Of a stretch of 64,000 nucleotides of DNA, positions 36,731 through 45,421 are shown piece by piece. How positions within the stretch are numbered: the stretch's first letter is position 1; the number at the start of each line of letters is the position of its first letter. Location: assembly GCA_036498345.1 (NCBI GenBank), contig DASYFQ010000018.1:29842-93841 (forward strand), given 5' to 3'. Both the position numbers and the translations under genes were made by a program. This DNA is from Steroidobacteraceae bacterium (GTDB taxonomy: Bacteria; Pseudomonadota; Gammaproteobacteria; Steroidobacterales; Steroidobacteraceae). The notes beneath the pieces were generated by a model. That model had not been told where the DNA came from. It saw nothing but the letters and a program-made list of their open reading frames with translations, and ran no database searches.

Positions 36731-37486
36731 ATGCTGCTCCTAGCGCTGGCAGGCGCGGCGTTTTGCACCACCTGGACCGGCGGCTTGCTGGCGCTGCGCC
36801 TTGCCGCACGGATGCAATGGGTGCTCGGCTTCAGCGCCGGCGCCGTCGTCGCCGTGGCGTTCTTCGATCTCTTGCCCGAAGCGGTGGAGCTGGGGGCGCC
36901 TTCCTTTGGCGTAGCCAAGGTGTTCTCATGCGCCGCCGCGGGATTTCTCATCTATCTCTTGTTCGATCGCGTGCTTCTCTTCCAGGGCCAGCGCTATCGG
37001 GATGAGCTCGCCGCCCACCTCCCCGGCGCGCATGAGGGGGCGAACACCCGGCACCGCGCCACCTTGTTCGCGAGCAGCCTGTCGCTGCACAGCTTTCTCG
37101 ACGGCATCGCCATCGGCTTGGCATTCCAAGCATCGGCCGCCGTGGGCGCGGTGGTCGCGATCGCCGTGCTGACCCATGATTTCTCCGACGGCGTCAATAC
37201 CATGAACGTGGTGCTGCGAAACGACAATAATCGCCGCCGGGCGCTCCAGTGGCTGCTGGCCGATGCGGTGGCGCCGGGCCTGGGGATTTTCTCGACGCTG
37301 TTCTTTCGCATCCAGCCTGATGTCTTGGGAATAATTCTCGCGCTTTTTTCGGGTTTCTTTCTCTACATCGGCGCCAGCGATCTGATTCCCGAGAGTCACC
37401 GCGCCTTCCCGAAAGCGCTGACGACGTTCATGACCTTGCTCGGCATCGCCGTGTTGTATGTGGCCGTGACGCTCGCGCAAATATAG
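36731..37486 (+). CDS. ZIP family metal transporter, second copy
   Basis: VLTHDFSDGVNT and GASDLIPESH motifs. Polytopic. Confidence 0.8.
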   Translation: MLLLALAGAAFCTTWTGGLLALRLAARMQWVLGFSAGAVVAVAFFDLLPEAVELGAPSFGVAKVFSCAAAGFLIYLLFDRVLLFQGQRYRDELAAHLPGAHEGANTRHRATLFASSLSLHSFLDGIAIGLAFQASAAVGAVVAIAVLTHDFSDGVNTMNVVLRNDNNRRRALQWLLADAVAPGLGIFSTLFFRIQPDVLGIILALFSGFFLYIGASDLIPESHRAFPKALTTFMTLLGIAVLYVAVTLAQI

Positions 37487-37495
37487 ACGCAGGGG

Positions 37496-37861
37496 GTGTC
37501 GATGCAAATCGAGTTAAACCGCGAAGATCCGAGCCAGCAAGCGACTCTCGCGACGCTGCCGCGCTTCAATGCTGCCGAAATCAATCGGCGGCGCTTGCTG
37601 GCGCTGATGCTGGCGTCAGGTGCCCTGGCAGCCGCCTTGCTTGCAGCGGCCGCCGCGTCGAATTCCGCCATTGCGCGTTCGCTGCTCAGCTTCAATGGCG
37701 CCGCCCTGCTGCTGCTGTGCGCAGGCTTGCAGTCGGCTTATGGACTCCTCGGCGCCGAAGGCGCGCTGATCGCCGCGCTGCTGCACAATCTGAGCACCCT
37801 GCTCGTGCTCGGCAACGCAGGGCGGCTGCTGCGATTTCAGGAATTGCTGCCGCGGCTGTGA
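37496..37861 (+). CDS. small membrane protein resembling the last two TM helices of a P1B-type ATPase
   Basis: 121 aa with two hydrophobic segments. The C-terminus ALLHNLSTLLVLGNAGRLLRF resembles the terminal helix and NALRLLR tail of heavy-metal P-type ATPases. Confidence 0.4.
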   Translation: MSMQIELNREDPSQQATLATLPRFNAAEINRRRLLALMLASGALAAALLAAAAASNSAIARSLLSFNGAALLLLCAGLQSAYGLLGAEGALIAALLHNLSTLLVLGNAGRLLRFQELLPRL

Positions 37862-37866
37862 TACAC

Positions 37867-38397
37867 GTGCACATCAGCTGGATCGTTGCCTTGTCCCTCT
37901 GGACCGGCGTCGCGGGCGCATCGTCGATGCCCGGCGACAAACCGCAGGAGAGCGCGAAGCCGCCCAACGTTCTGCAGGTTGATTGGGAAAAGCTCCTGCC
38001 GCCCCACGCAGCCAAGCCGATCAACGAACCGCCGGCGCCGGTGCATGGCTATCTGGGTGAATCGGGGCCTGCCGCGAAACAGAGCGGCTCGTCAGCGGTC
38101 AATGCGGAACTCGAGGGCCTCACCTTGCGCATACCCGGGTTCATCGTTCCGCTCGACGTGGATGCGGCGGGGCAAGTCGTGGAATTCCTGCTCGTGCCTT
38201 ATTACGGCGCCTGCATCCACGTACCGCCGCCGCCGCCCAATCAGATCATCTACGTCAAACCGGCGAAGCCGATCCCGGTCAAGGACTTGTTCAATGCGTA
38301 CTGGGTGACCGGACGCATGCACGTCGAGATCCGCAATACGCAGATGGCATCCGCGTCCTACACGATGAATGCCAGCAACGTAGAGGACTACCAATGA
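37867..38397 (+). CDS. DUF3299 domain protein (ZrgD-like), copy 2
   Basis: GTG start at 37867 (MHISWIVALSLWTGVAGA signal). RIPGFIVPLDVD...EFLLVPYYGACIHVPPPPPNQIIYV. About two-thirds identical to copy 1 by eye. Confidence 0.75.
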   Translation: MHISWIVALSLWTGVAGASSMPGDKPQESAKPPNVLQVDWEKLLPPHAAKPINEPPAPVHGYLGESGPAAKQSGSSAVNAELEGLTLRIPGFIVPLDVDAAGQVVEFLLVPYYGACIHVPPPPPNQIIYVKPAKPIPVKDLFNAYWVTGRMHVEIRNTQMASASYTMNASNVEDYQ

Positions 38398-38406
38398 GGC
38401 GCCGCG

Positions 38407-39834
38407 TCACGGCCCGGCAAGCACCTTCATCAGGCGATAACTGAATTCGAGCGACTCATAGAAGGCACTCACACCGACACGCTCGTCTTTGCCATGAGCG
38501 CGCAGATCCGACACATCGACAAATGTGCCGCTGACACCGAATGAAGGAAGTCCGGCGCCGCGCCAATACACATTGTCGGAGGCGCCCGCCGACATCACCG
38601 GTACGACTTTGACACCCCGCCACATCTCATTGGTGACCTTCTCGACTTTGGCGACGACGGACTTGTCGAGAACGGCGGGCGCCGAGTCGACCGGAGCCCA
38701 GATGACGCCGATTTCGATGGTCGGATCGTCGATGACGCGCTTCAGCGTCGCAATCACCTCGTCCGGGTTGCTACCCGGCAGCAGGCGGCACTGAATGGTC
38801 GCCTTCGCCCGAATGGGCAAGGCGCTTTCGCTTTGCCCCCCCTGCACGACCGTGGCGGGACAGGTGCTGCGCAACTGCGCATTGATCACAGGCACGTCGC
38901 GCAGCGAATCCGCCGCGGCGGAGTCAGTCGGGTCCTTGAGCACCGCGCGGATTTGCGCGGCACGATCACCGCCGACGCGGTTCGCCACCGCCTCCAGATA
39001 AATGCGAGTGGTCTCGCTGATCTGTACCGGGAATTGGTAATCGCCGAGGCGCGCCAGCGCATGGGAAAGCCGGGCAATGGCATTGTCGCGCGGCGGCAGC
39101 GAGCTGTGGCCGCCGGTGCCGTAGGCGGCCAGTGAGTAGGTCGCATACACCTTTTCGGCCGTCTGAAGGGTATTCCACAGCCTCTCGCCATTGAGCATTT
39201 CACCGTTGCCCGCGTCGAGGTTGATCACCAGGCCGGCGTCAACCGAGGCACGTTGATTCTTCAGCAGCCAATCGACGCCATTGGCATCGCCGCCGGCTTC
39301 CTCGTCGGTGTTGAACACGAGAATGATGTCGCGACTGGGTTTGAATCCCTCCTGCTTCAGCCGGATCAGATCGGCAGCCAGGATGGCAACCTCGTTCTTG
39401 ATGTCGATGGTGCCTCGGCCGTAAAAAAAGCCGTCCTTCTCGGTCAGTTCGAACGGTTCGACGCTCCAGGTCTCGCGAATGGCTTCGACCACATCGAGAT
39501 GCGCGTTGAAGAGCACGGGCTTCCCTTTGCCACGCCCGTGCAGCCGCACCACGATGTTCATCTTGTCGGGGCGCGGACCGCCCACGTACACGTCGCCGTC
39601 CGGAAATCCGGCCGCCTTGAATCGCGCCGCGAGCGCCTCGGCCGCCTCCGCCGAGCCCTTGGCATGAGTCGTATTCATGCCGACGAGCTGCGCGAAGACG
39701 GCGCGCGCCAATTGATCGTATTGCGCGGGCGAGCGGGGTGTTGCGGCGAGATCGGCGGCGGGCGCGGCTGCCGCAACGGTGCAGAATGCGGCGATCGCCA
39801 AGGTCAGATGATGCATAGCTCGAGTCAAGCTCAT
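38407..39834 (-). CDS. secreted M20 family metallopeptidase
   Basis: Start at MSLTRAMHHLTLAIAAFCTVAAAAPA (signal peptide). FNAHLDVV and FNTDEEAGG metal-ligand motifs. Confidence 0.8.
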   Translation of the reverse strand: MSLTRAMHHLTLAIAAFCTVAAAAPAADLAATPRSPAQYDQLARAVFAQLVGMNTTHAKGSAEAAEALAARFKAAGFPDGDVYVGGPRPDKMNIVVRLHGRGKGKPVLFNAHLDVVEAIRETWSVEPFELTEKDGFFYGRGTIDIKNEVAILAADLIRLKQEGFKPSRDIILVFNTDEEAGGDANGVDWLLKNQRASVDAGLVINLDAGNGEMLNGERLWNTLQTAEKVYATYSLAAYGTGGHSSLPPRDNAIARLSHALARLGDYQFPVQISETTRIYLEAVANRVGGDRAAQIRAVLKDPTDSAAADSLRDVPVINAQLRSTCPATVVQGGQSESALPIRAKATIQCRLLPGSNPDEVIATLKRVIDDPTIEIGVIWAPVDSAPAVLDKSVVAKVEKVTNEMWRGVKVVPVMSAGASDNVYWRGAGLPSFGVSGTFVDVSDLRAHGKDERVGVSAFYESLEFSYRLMKVLAGP

Positions 39835-40033
39835 TGTCGGCTCCGAAGGTTGAGGTATCGCGGTCGCACGGGCTGGCGGTCTTCTTGTTATTGTCGTGAC
39901 CGATCCCCGTGACAGATTGCCGAAATATACAGCACCGCAGGCGGCGCGGCTATTTGAGGTGAATGCCCCAATTGTCGATCCACGATCTTCCGCGGGGAAT
40001 CGGCCGTCATGGTTCCGTCGTGAACGGCGGGGC

Positions 40034-40234
40034 CTATCTGAGTTTTTGCAGCTCGCTGACCGAAACGAAAATCGCGCTTTCCAATCCCGTCTCTGTCGAG
40101 CCGGGCAGCGCGATCTCCAGGACCCAGCCATGCTCGTCGTCGTCGACGATGCTGCCCTCGAGGGTGACCGGCGCTCCCAGGTATCTGCCGTCGAGGCGGT
40201 AGTGCACCAGCTTGGCGTAGATGGTTTGACTCAT
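40034..40234 (-). CDS. hypothetical 66-aa acidic protein
   Basis: ATG at 40234 (MSQTIYAKLVHYRLDG...), 68 nt downstream of a Zur-box-like palindrome. No family recognised. Coding status uncertain. Confidence 0.35.
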   Translation of the reverse strand: MSQTIYAKLVHYRLDGRYLGAPVTLEGSIVDDDEHGWVLEIALPGSTETGLESAIFVSVSELQKLR

Positions 40235-40301
40235 GGCACTCTCACGCGATCGATGGCCGGCGCGCGGCGCCGAAATCGGGCGGCCGTTGGCGCGCAGTGG
40301 T

Positions 40302-40319
40302 GTTACATTATAACATAAC
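40302..40319 (-). promoter_or_regulatory. Zur-box-like palindrome containing a TATAAT hexamer
   Basis: The coding-strand sequence is GTTATGTTATAATGTAAC, which is 14/18 self-complementary. It matches about 15 of 19 positions of the gamma-proteobacterial Zur consensus AATGTTATAnTATAACATT. Confidence 0.5.
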
Positions 40320-40413
40320 TGTGCGAGCAACGGGGAGACACGCGGGCGCGACGGCTATCCTGCCTTTGCCGCGCCCGAGCAGCCCCAACGGCATTCATCC
40401 GGCCGGGCATCCC

Positions 40414-42198
40414 TCAGGGTTCATGCCCATACACCATTTTGCCGCCGAATATCGTGAAGACCACGGCCGCGCTCTTGAGCTCCTCGGCGGGGATCGTGAG
40501 AACGTCGCGATCGATCAAGGTCAGATCGGCCCGCTTTCCGGGCACGAGCGATCCGATCTCGCCCAGTTGGTCCAACGCCTCCGCGGAGTTGCGCGTGTAG
40601 GCGTAGAGCATGGCGGCGCGCGGCATGCGCTGTGCGGCATCCAGCACGCCTTGCGGTCCCGAGCGCGTCTCCGCCTGGAAAATCGCGTCAAATGGGTTCG
40701 CCGTGCTGACCGGCCAATCACTGGCCCCGGCGATCTCGCCGCCCGTATCGAGGATGGATCGTGCGGGATACATCCAGCGATAGATCTCGGGAGCTATGAA
40801 CGGCTTGACTTGCTCGTTGGTGCTTGGATCGGCAACGGCCCAGAGAAGTTGCAGCGCTGCGATCACGTGCAGCTTGGCAAATCTCGGGATGTCCTCGGGA
40901 TCGACGAACTGCGCGTGCGTCAACACGAAGGGCAAGGTGCTCGAAGGATTTGCATTGCGGGCGGCCTCGAAGGCATCGAGGGAATCCTTTACCGCCAGGT
41001 CTCCGATCGCGTGGATATGGACGGTCAGCCCGCGCCGGTAGGCTTCACTCACCAGCGCGTTCATCTTGGCGGGCGTGAACAACGGTGTCACGGAGCGGCC
41101 GTTATTGACATAGGGCCGGGTGAGCGCGGCCGTTTGCGACGGAATCTCCACGACGCCGTCCGCGAAGACCTTGAGGCCCGGGATGGTCAAGTTTGGAACG
41201 TGCTTGAACTTCGCGCGCAAGGCCTCGACCACGTCGATCTGTTGATTGCCGAGGTCCGGTTGAACCACCGGGTACGCGACCACGTGGGCACTCAATTCTC
41301 CGCGTTGCGCCAACGCCTCGTACACCGGCAGATATCCGGGATCGTTGACGCTCGCCGGAATGGCGCCCCCGACCACGCCGCTCACCGCCGCGTCGAGCCA
41401 TCCGGTGATGCCCAGCGCGTTCATGTAATGGACGGCGGCCCGGCCGGCTTCGAGCATCGATTGCTCCGACGGGAGAGGCAGACTCTTGTCGAGCTTGCTC
41501 TTGCCGGCATCGACCGCGAAGCCGTTGGGATTGAATGCGGCATCGAAGCCAAAGTAGCGCTGCTCGCCGGGCTTCAGGCTTCGGATGTATTGCGCCGTGA
41601 TTCCCGCGCGGCCGCGCGCCGGCCGGTTGGCCCAGGCCGTGTGTCCGTCCGAGCCGTAAAGGACGATCGGCTGCTGCGCAAATGCGCCTCCGCTCAACGC
41701 GGCATCGATCTCGGCGGCATGCGACCAATACCCAATATCGATACCGTTGATGACCAGCACGTCGCCTAGCCGGCTGCCCTTCTTGCCCATCTGCTGCGCA
41801 ACGAATTGAGTGAGTGCCGGCACCGAATCGCCGGTGTCCGGAAAATTCGCCTGGATCAGGGTGACGCCGCCCGCGATCGGGTGCGCATGTGCGTCGATCA
41901 TGCCGGGCATCAGAAATTTGCCCTTTAGGTCGACTTTCCGCGCGGACGGCCCGGCGGTCTGCTGAACGGAAGCAAGGGTGCCGACGGCAATGATGCGATC
42001 GCCGCGGATCGCCACCGCCTCGGCGTACGGATGAGCGTGCTCCGCCGTAAAGACGTGCGCATTGAAAAAGACGGTCGGCGCGGTCGTTTCGTCGGTTCCC
42101 GCAGATGCCGCGGCCGCGAGCGAACCTGCGCAAATGAGAGCCGGCCAGGCGCGCGAAATCCATCGTTGCCGCACAACGAGTCTAGTCATGTCGAACAT
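40414..42198 (-). CDS. secreted amidohydrolase family (Amidohydro_3-like) metal-dependent hydrolase
   Basis: Signal peptide, PGMIDAHAHP metal-binding motif, HIHAIGD, and a C-terminal DLTLIDRD pattern. Confidence 0.85.
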   Translation of the reverse strand: MFDMTRLVVRQRWISRAWPALICAGSLAAAASAGTDETTAPTVFFNAHVFTAEHAHPYAEAVAIRGDRIIAVGTLASVQQTAGPSARKVDLKGKFLMPGMIDAHAHPIAGGVTLIQANFPDTGDSVPALTQFVAQQMGKKGSRLGDVLVINGIDIGYWSHAAEIDAALSGGAFAQQPIVLYGSDGHTAWANRPARGRAGITAQYIRSLKPGEQRYFGFDAAFNPNGFAVDAGKSKLDKSLPLPSEQSMLEAGRAAVHYMNALGITGWLDAAVSGVVGGAIPASVNDPGYLPVYEALAQRGELSAHVVAYPVVQPDLGNQQIDVVEALRAKFKHVPNLTIPGLKVFADGVVEIPSQTAALTRPYVNNGRSVTPLFTPAKMNALVSEAYRRGLTVHIHAIGDLAVKDSLDAFEAARNANPSSTLPFVLTHAQFVDPEDIPRFAKLHVIAALQLLWAVADPSTNEQVKPFIAPEIYRWMYPARSILDTGGEIAGASDWPVSTANPFDAIFQAETRSGPQGVLDAAQRMPRAAMLYAYTRNSAEALDQLGEIGSLVPGKRADLTLIDRDVLTIPAEELKSAAVVFTIFGGKMVYGHEP

Positions 42199-42375
42199 TG
42201 CTTCCCCACGGGTTGGTTATTGATCTCCCCCAATGAGCCAATTCTCACACATGTCGACGACCGCTGCGCCCAAAATGCAATGGGCGCCGCAGGATCTATT
42301 CAGGCAATAACGGCGGTACGCTATTCGCCGGCACCACGGGTCCGGCTGCGTTCCCGAATACCGCAGGCGGCCGGG

Positions 42376-42822
42376 CTATTCCAGGCAAACGACCAGCTTG
42401 GCGGAGTGGGTGCGCCAATTGATGGGAATCACGTAGGAGCGGTTATGCGGCGCCGTGACCTTATCCACTTCGTGCGCGATGACCACCGGCACGGATATGA
42501 CGAAATTCTTGCCGAAGTCGCGGCGCGCATTGCCGGAAATCGTGTTCGCCACTTCGCCGACGAGATCCTTGATGTTTTCGTCGCTGGTGTCGGTTTCCTG
42601 CATGCGCATCAGCAGCACGGTGAGCATGCCGCGCGGAGCGGTGAAATAGACGATGCCCTTGCGTGCGCCGGAAATGCCGATGACGCCCGTATATTCATAG
42701 GCGCCGGGGTTTCCGTCCGTCACGAGATAGGGCGACCCGACCGTCGCCGACTGCTGCGCCGAAATCTCGAAATAGTTCGTCGCGCCTTCGATGAATGTGC
42801 GTATCTCGGCTTCCTTGATCAT
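42376..42822 (-). CDS. CheX-like CheY-P phosphatase
   Basis: 148 aa. GVIGISGARKGIVYFTAP and VGEVANTISGNARRDFG resemble CheX/CheC-family proteins. Overlaps the CheY-like gene by 4 nt. Confidence 0.65.
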   Translation of the reverse strand: MIKEAEIRTFIEGATNYFEISAQQSATVGSPYLVTDGNPGAYEYTGVIGISGARKGIVYFTAPRGMLTVLLMRMQETDTSDENIKDLVGEVANTISGNARRDFGKNFVISVPVVIAHEVDKVTAPHNRSYVIPINWRTHSAKLVVCLE

Positions 42823-43217
42823 CCTGCCTCCGACAGCAGCTCTTCGAGCGCGTCATTGAGCTGACGATCCGTGAACGGCTTGCATAGAAAGCCGTTCGCT
42901 CCTTTTTCGATGGCATCCACCGCGGTGGCCTTGTCCGCGAGAGCGGAGACGACCAGGATCAGCACCTTGGAATTGATCGCCACCAATTTCTGCACGCATT
43001 CGACGCCGTCCATCTCGGGCATGGTCAGATCCATGGTCACGACGTCCGGTTGCGTGCGGCGGAACAGTTCCACTGCCTCGCGGCCGTTGCTCGCGGCGCC
43101 CACCACTTCCAATCGGGCGATCTGCTGGGAGCGCTCGATGCGCCGGCGAATGATGTTGGAATCATCGACGATCATGAGCCTCAACGAAGGCTTTGCCTCG
43201 GCATTCATATTCGTCAC
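42819..43217 (-). CDS. single-domain response regulator (CheY-like)
   Basis: MIVDDS acidic pocket, acceptor Asp in VVTMDLTMPEMDG, LVVSA, and FLCKPF. Confidence 0.85.
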   Translation of the reverse strand: MTNMNAEAKPSLRLMIVDDSNIIRRRIERSQQIARLEVVGAASNGREAVELFRRTQPDVVTMDLTMPEMDGVECVQKLVAINSKVLILVVSALADKATAVDAIEKGANGFLCKPFTDRQLNDALEELLSEAG

Positions 43218-45421
43218 GCCGCCTCGGTGTCATCCGCGCGCTTGACGGCGGCGCGCGGCAGCGTCATGGTCAGCCGCGTAAACTTTCCCGAACTCGTCGC
43301 AACCGAAACCCGCCCCCCCGCCTGATTGGTCAGGTCGGCGATCACGTTCATGCCGACGCCCCGTCCCGCATCTTTGGTCGCGGTCTCCATGGTGGAGAAG
43401 CCGGGCTGGAACAACAGCGAGAAGATCTGCTTGGTATCCAAGGTCTGCGCCTTTTCGGGAGTGATGAAGCCTTTTTTGAGCGCGGCTTCCTTGATGCGCT
43501 CGGTCGACAGGCCTTGGCCATCGTCTTCGACGATGAGCTTGTAGCCCGAGTCGCCCGTAGTCTGGAAGGTCAGGCGCACCGAGCCTTGCCGGGCCTTCCC
43601 GGCGGTCTCGCGGCCGTCGGGCGGCTCTATGCCGTGCACGATGGCGTTGCGCACCGCCTGAATGCCGATGTCCTTGACGGTGCGCCGATACTCGTCGGGC
43701 ACGGCGTCGAACCCGATGCACTGCACAGTGGCTTCCTTGTTGTTTTCGCGGGCGACGCGCGCGGCGAGCTGTTGCAGCGTCGCCTCGACGCCGGCATCGC
43801 CCTTGGCGCCCGACAGCTTCTGCTTCTCCTCTTGCAGCACCGCGGTAATGGTGTGGACGACGTCGTGCTGCCCGACGTGCAGGCGCGACAGGCGCGAAAC
43901 CAAGTCGCTGACGGATTGCAGGTGCGTGAGCAGATCATCGAGCTTGATGACCAGCGGCAGGAAGTCGTTCCCCGACAGGCTTGGCTTCTCCCGCAGCGAC
44001 TTCAAGTCATCTTCGAAGGCATGCGCGCGGGTCTCGATGGAGGACAAGCCCAACGCGGCGGCTTCCCCCTTGACCGAGTGCACTTGCCGGAACAGGGTAT
44101 CGAGCTTCTTGCGGAACACGCCCTCTTCGCGAGTCGGCTCGCGCAGCACCGCGTTGATCATCTTCATGGCGGCATTCGAGTCGTTCAAGAACGACGAGAG
44201 CTGCGCAGGATCGATGTGCAGAATACCCAGTAAGGTGTCCACTTGGCCCTGCGCTTGGTTCTGCGAGGCTTGCAGCTCATGCGCGAGATCCACCCGGGCG
44301 GTCACGTCCGACACGGACACCAACACCTGGGTCATCTCGCCGTCGACCCGCACTCGGTGAAAGTCGAACTGCAGGTAGCGCGTGTCGAACTTGCCGTTGC
44401 CGCTGTCCAGGTGGACTTCCACCTCGCCCAGGGGATTGATCGTTTTGACCAGCTTCTCGTTGGTGCGCTCGGACCAGAGGATTTTGACGAATTTGGTCGC
44501 GGTCGCGAGCGTCCGCTCCGATACGATGTTCTTGAGCAGGTTCTCGAAAGGAAGACCGGCGAAGTCCTTGCGCTGGAACAGCGTCTCCAACGCGCCTGAA
44601 TAGGCCGCGCCGATCACCAGGTTCTGGTCGAGCAGGAACAATCCGTCTTTGACCGTGCGCAGGATGTCCGTGGTCTGCTGCCGCGCTTGACGCAGGCTGC
44701 TTTCCTGCCGCTGCCGGGCGCTGAGCAATACGGTCACCAGCGTCACCAGGGCGAGGGCGATCACGAGACCCGACAGCATCACCAGCCGCAACTCGGTCGC
44801 AGAGCGCAAATTGGTCGCCTGCAAGTCTGCCGCAATCGCCGAGAATTCGTTGTCGAGCGCCGGCAAGGCATGCCGGCTGGTGCGCAGCGCCGCGTTGACG
44901 TCGAGTTCCAAGCGGCGTCCGCTGTCGTTCAAATTGGTGCCGGTGGATTCGTTGTCCTGGTAGGGAACGCCGTGGTAATCGAGCAGCGGTTTCAACACCA
45001 CCAGCTCCCTGGCCCAGCTATCGAGCAGCGAGGCGGCGTGCTTGCCGGCAATCGGCGCGCCGGTTGCGCCGGTGTCGGCCGTGAGTGCGAACCAGCTCAC
45101 GGGGCGCGGCACCGTCATCTGATGCAACGCCGCGTCGAGTTTGGCGCTCGACGCACGCAAATCGTCCAGAGATTCTTGCACATAGCCGTGGGCGCCCAAG
45201 CGGTCATGCACGGCTTCGAGCGACGCGCGAATGAGGGTTGGATGACGCTGTTGCTCACCCAGCAACTTGAGCGCCGTCGAACTGTCCGCGACTTCGCCGG
45301 CAAGTTCGAGCCCCGGTATGAGCACGATGGCGAGAAAGGCGAATCCCAGCATGACGACCAGCACGAGCAGGCCGCCCGGCGACAGGAGCGGACTCAAGAT
45401 CTTACTTAACCGAGACTTCAT
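43214..45421 (-). CDS. membrane-anchored CheA-type histidine kinase (2 TM sensor, Hpt, catalytic domain; no CheW-like domain)
   Basis: Two TM segments flank a periplasmic region of about 200 aa. Hpt motif FRQVHSVKGEAAALG. CheA-type ATPase boxes RNAIVHGIE, DDGQGL, GFST and GRGVGMNV. The protein ends right after the kinase domain. Confidence 0.8.
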   Translation of the reverse strand: MKSRLSKILSPLLSPGGLLVLVVMLGFAFLAIVLIPGLELAGEVADSSTALKLLGEQQRHPTLIRASLEAVHDRLGAHGYVQESLDDLRASSAKLDAALHQMTVPRPVSWFALTADTGATGAPIAGKHAASLLDSWARELVVLKPLLDYHGVPYQDNESTGTNLNDSGRRLELDVNAALRTSRHALPALDNEFSAIAADLQATNLRSATELRLVMLSGLVIALALVTLVTVLLSARQRQESSLRQARQQTTDILRTVKDGLFLLDQNLVIGAAYSGALETLFQRKDFAGLPFENLLKNIVSERTLATATKFVKILWSERTNEKLVKTINPLGEVEVHLDSGNGKFDTRYLQFDFHRVRVDGEMTQVLVSVSDVTARVDLAHELQASQNQAQGQVDTLLGILHIDPAQLSSFLNDSNAAMKMINAVLREPTREEGVFRKKLDTLFRQVHSVKGEAAALGLSSIETRAHAFEDDLKSLREKPSLSGNDFLPLVIKLDDLLTHLQSVSDLVSRLSRLHVGQHDVVHTITAVLQEEKQKLSGAKGDAGVEATLQQLAARVARENNKEATVQCIGFDAVPDEYRRTVKDIGIQAVRNAIVHGIEPPDGRETAGKARQGSVRLTFQTTGDSGYKLIVEDDGQGLSTERIKEAALKKGFITPEKAQTLDTKQIFSLLFQPGFSTMETATKDAGRGVGMNVIADLTNQAGGRVSVATSSGKFTRLTMTLPRAAVKRADDTEAA

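Noticed and set aside
38407-40131. N-terminal extensions in the ORF track. Examples are M20 peptidase 574 aa, 51291..52967 558 aa, hldD 376 aa, 58186..58800 204 aa, fbp from 17827, and TetR from 24960.
   Set aside because: The extensions are Arg-rich. They overlap neighbouring genes or regulatory repeats, and they precede a Met followed by a signal peptide or by the conserved family N-terminus. I used shorter starts.
42376-45421. Calling CheX-CheY-CheA-like genes a chemotaxis cluster
   Set aside because: There is no MCP, CheW, CheB, CheR or flagellar/pilus gene in the window, and the kinase lacks a CheW-like domain while having its own membrane sensor. I treat it as a non-chemotaxis phosphorelay (see findings).
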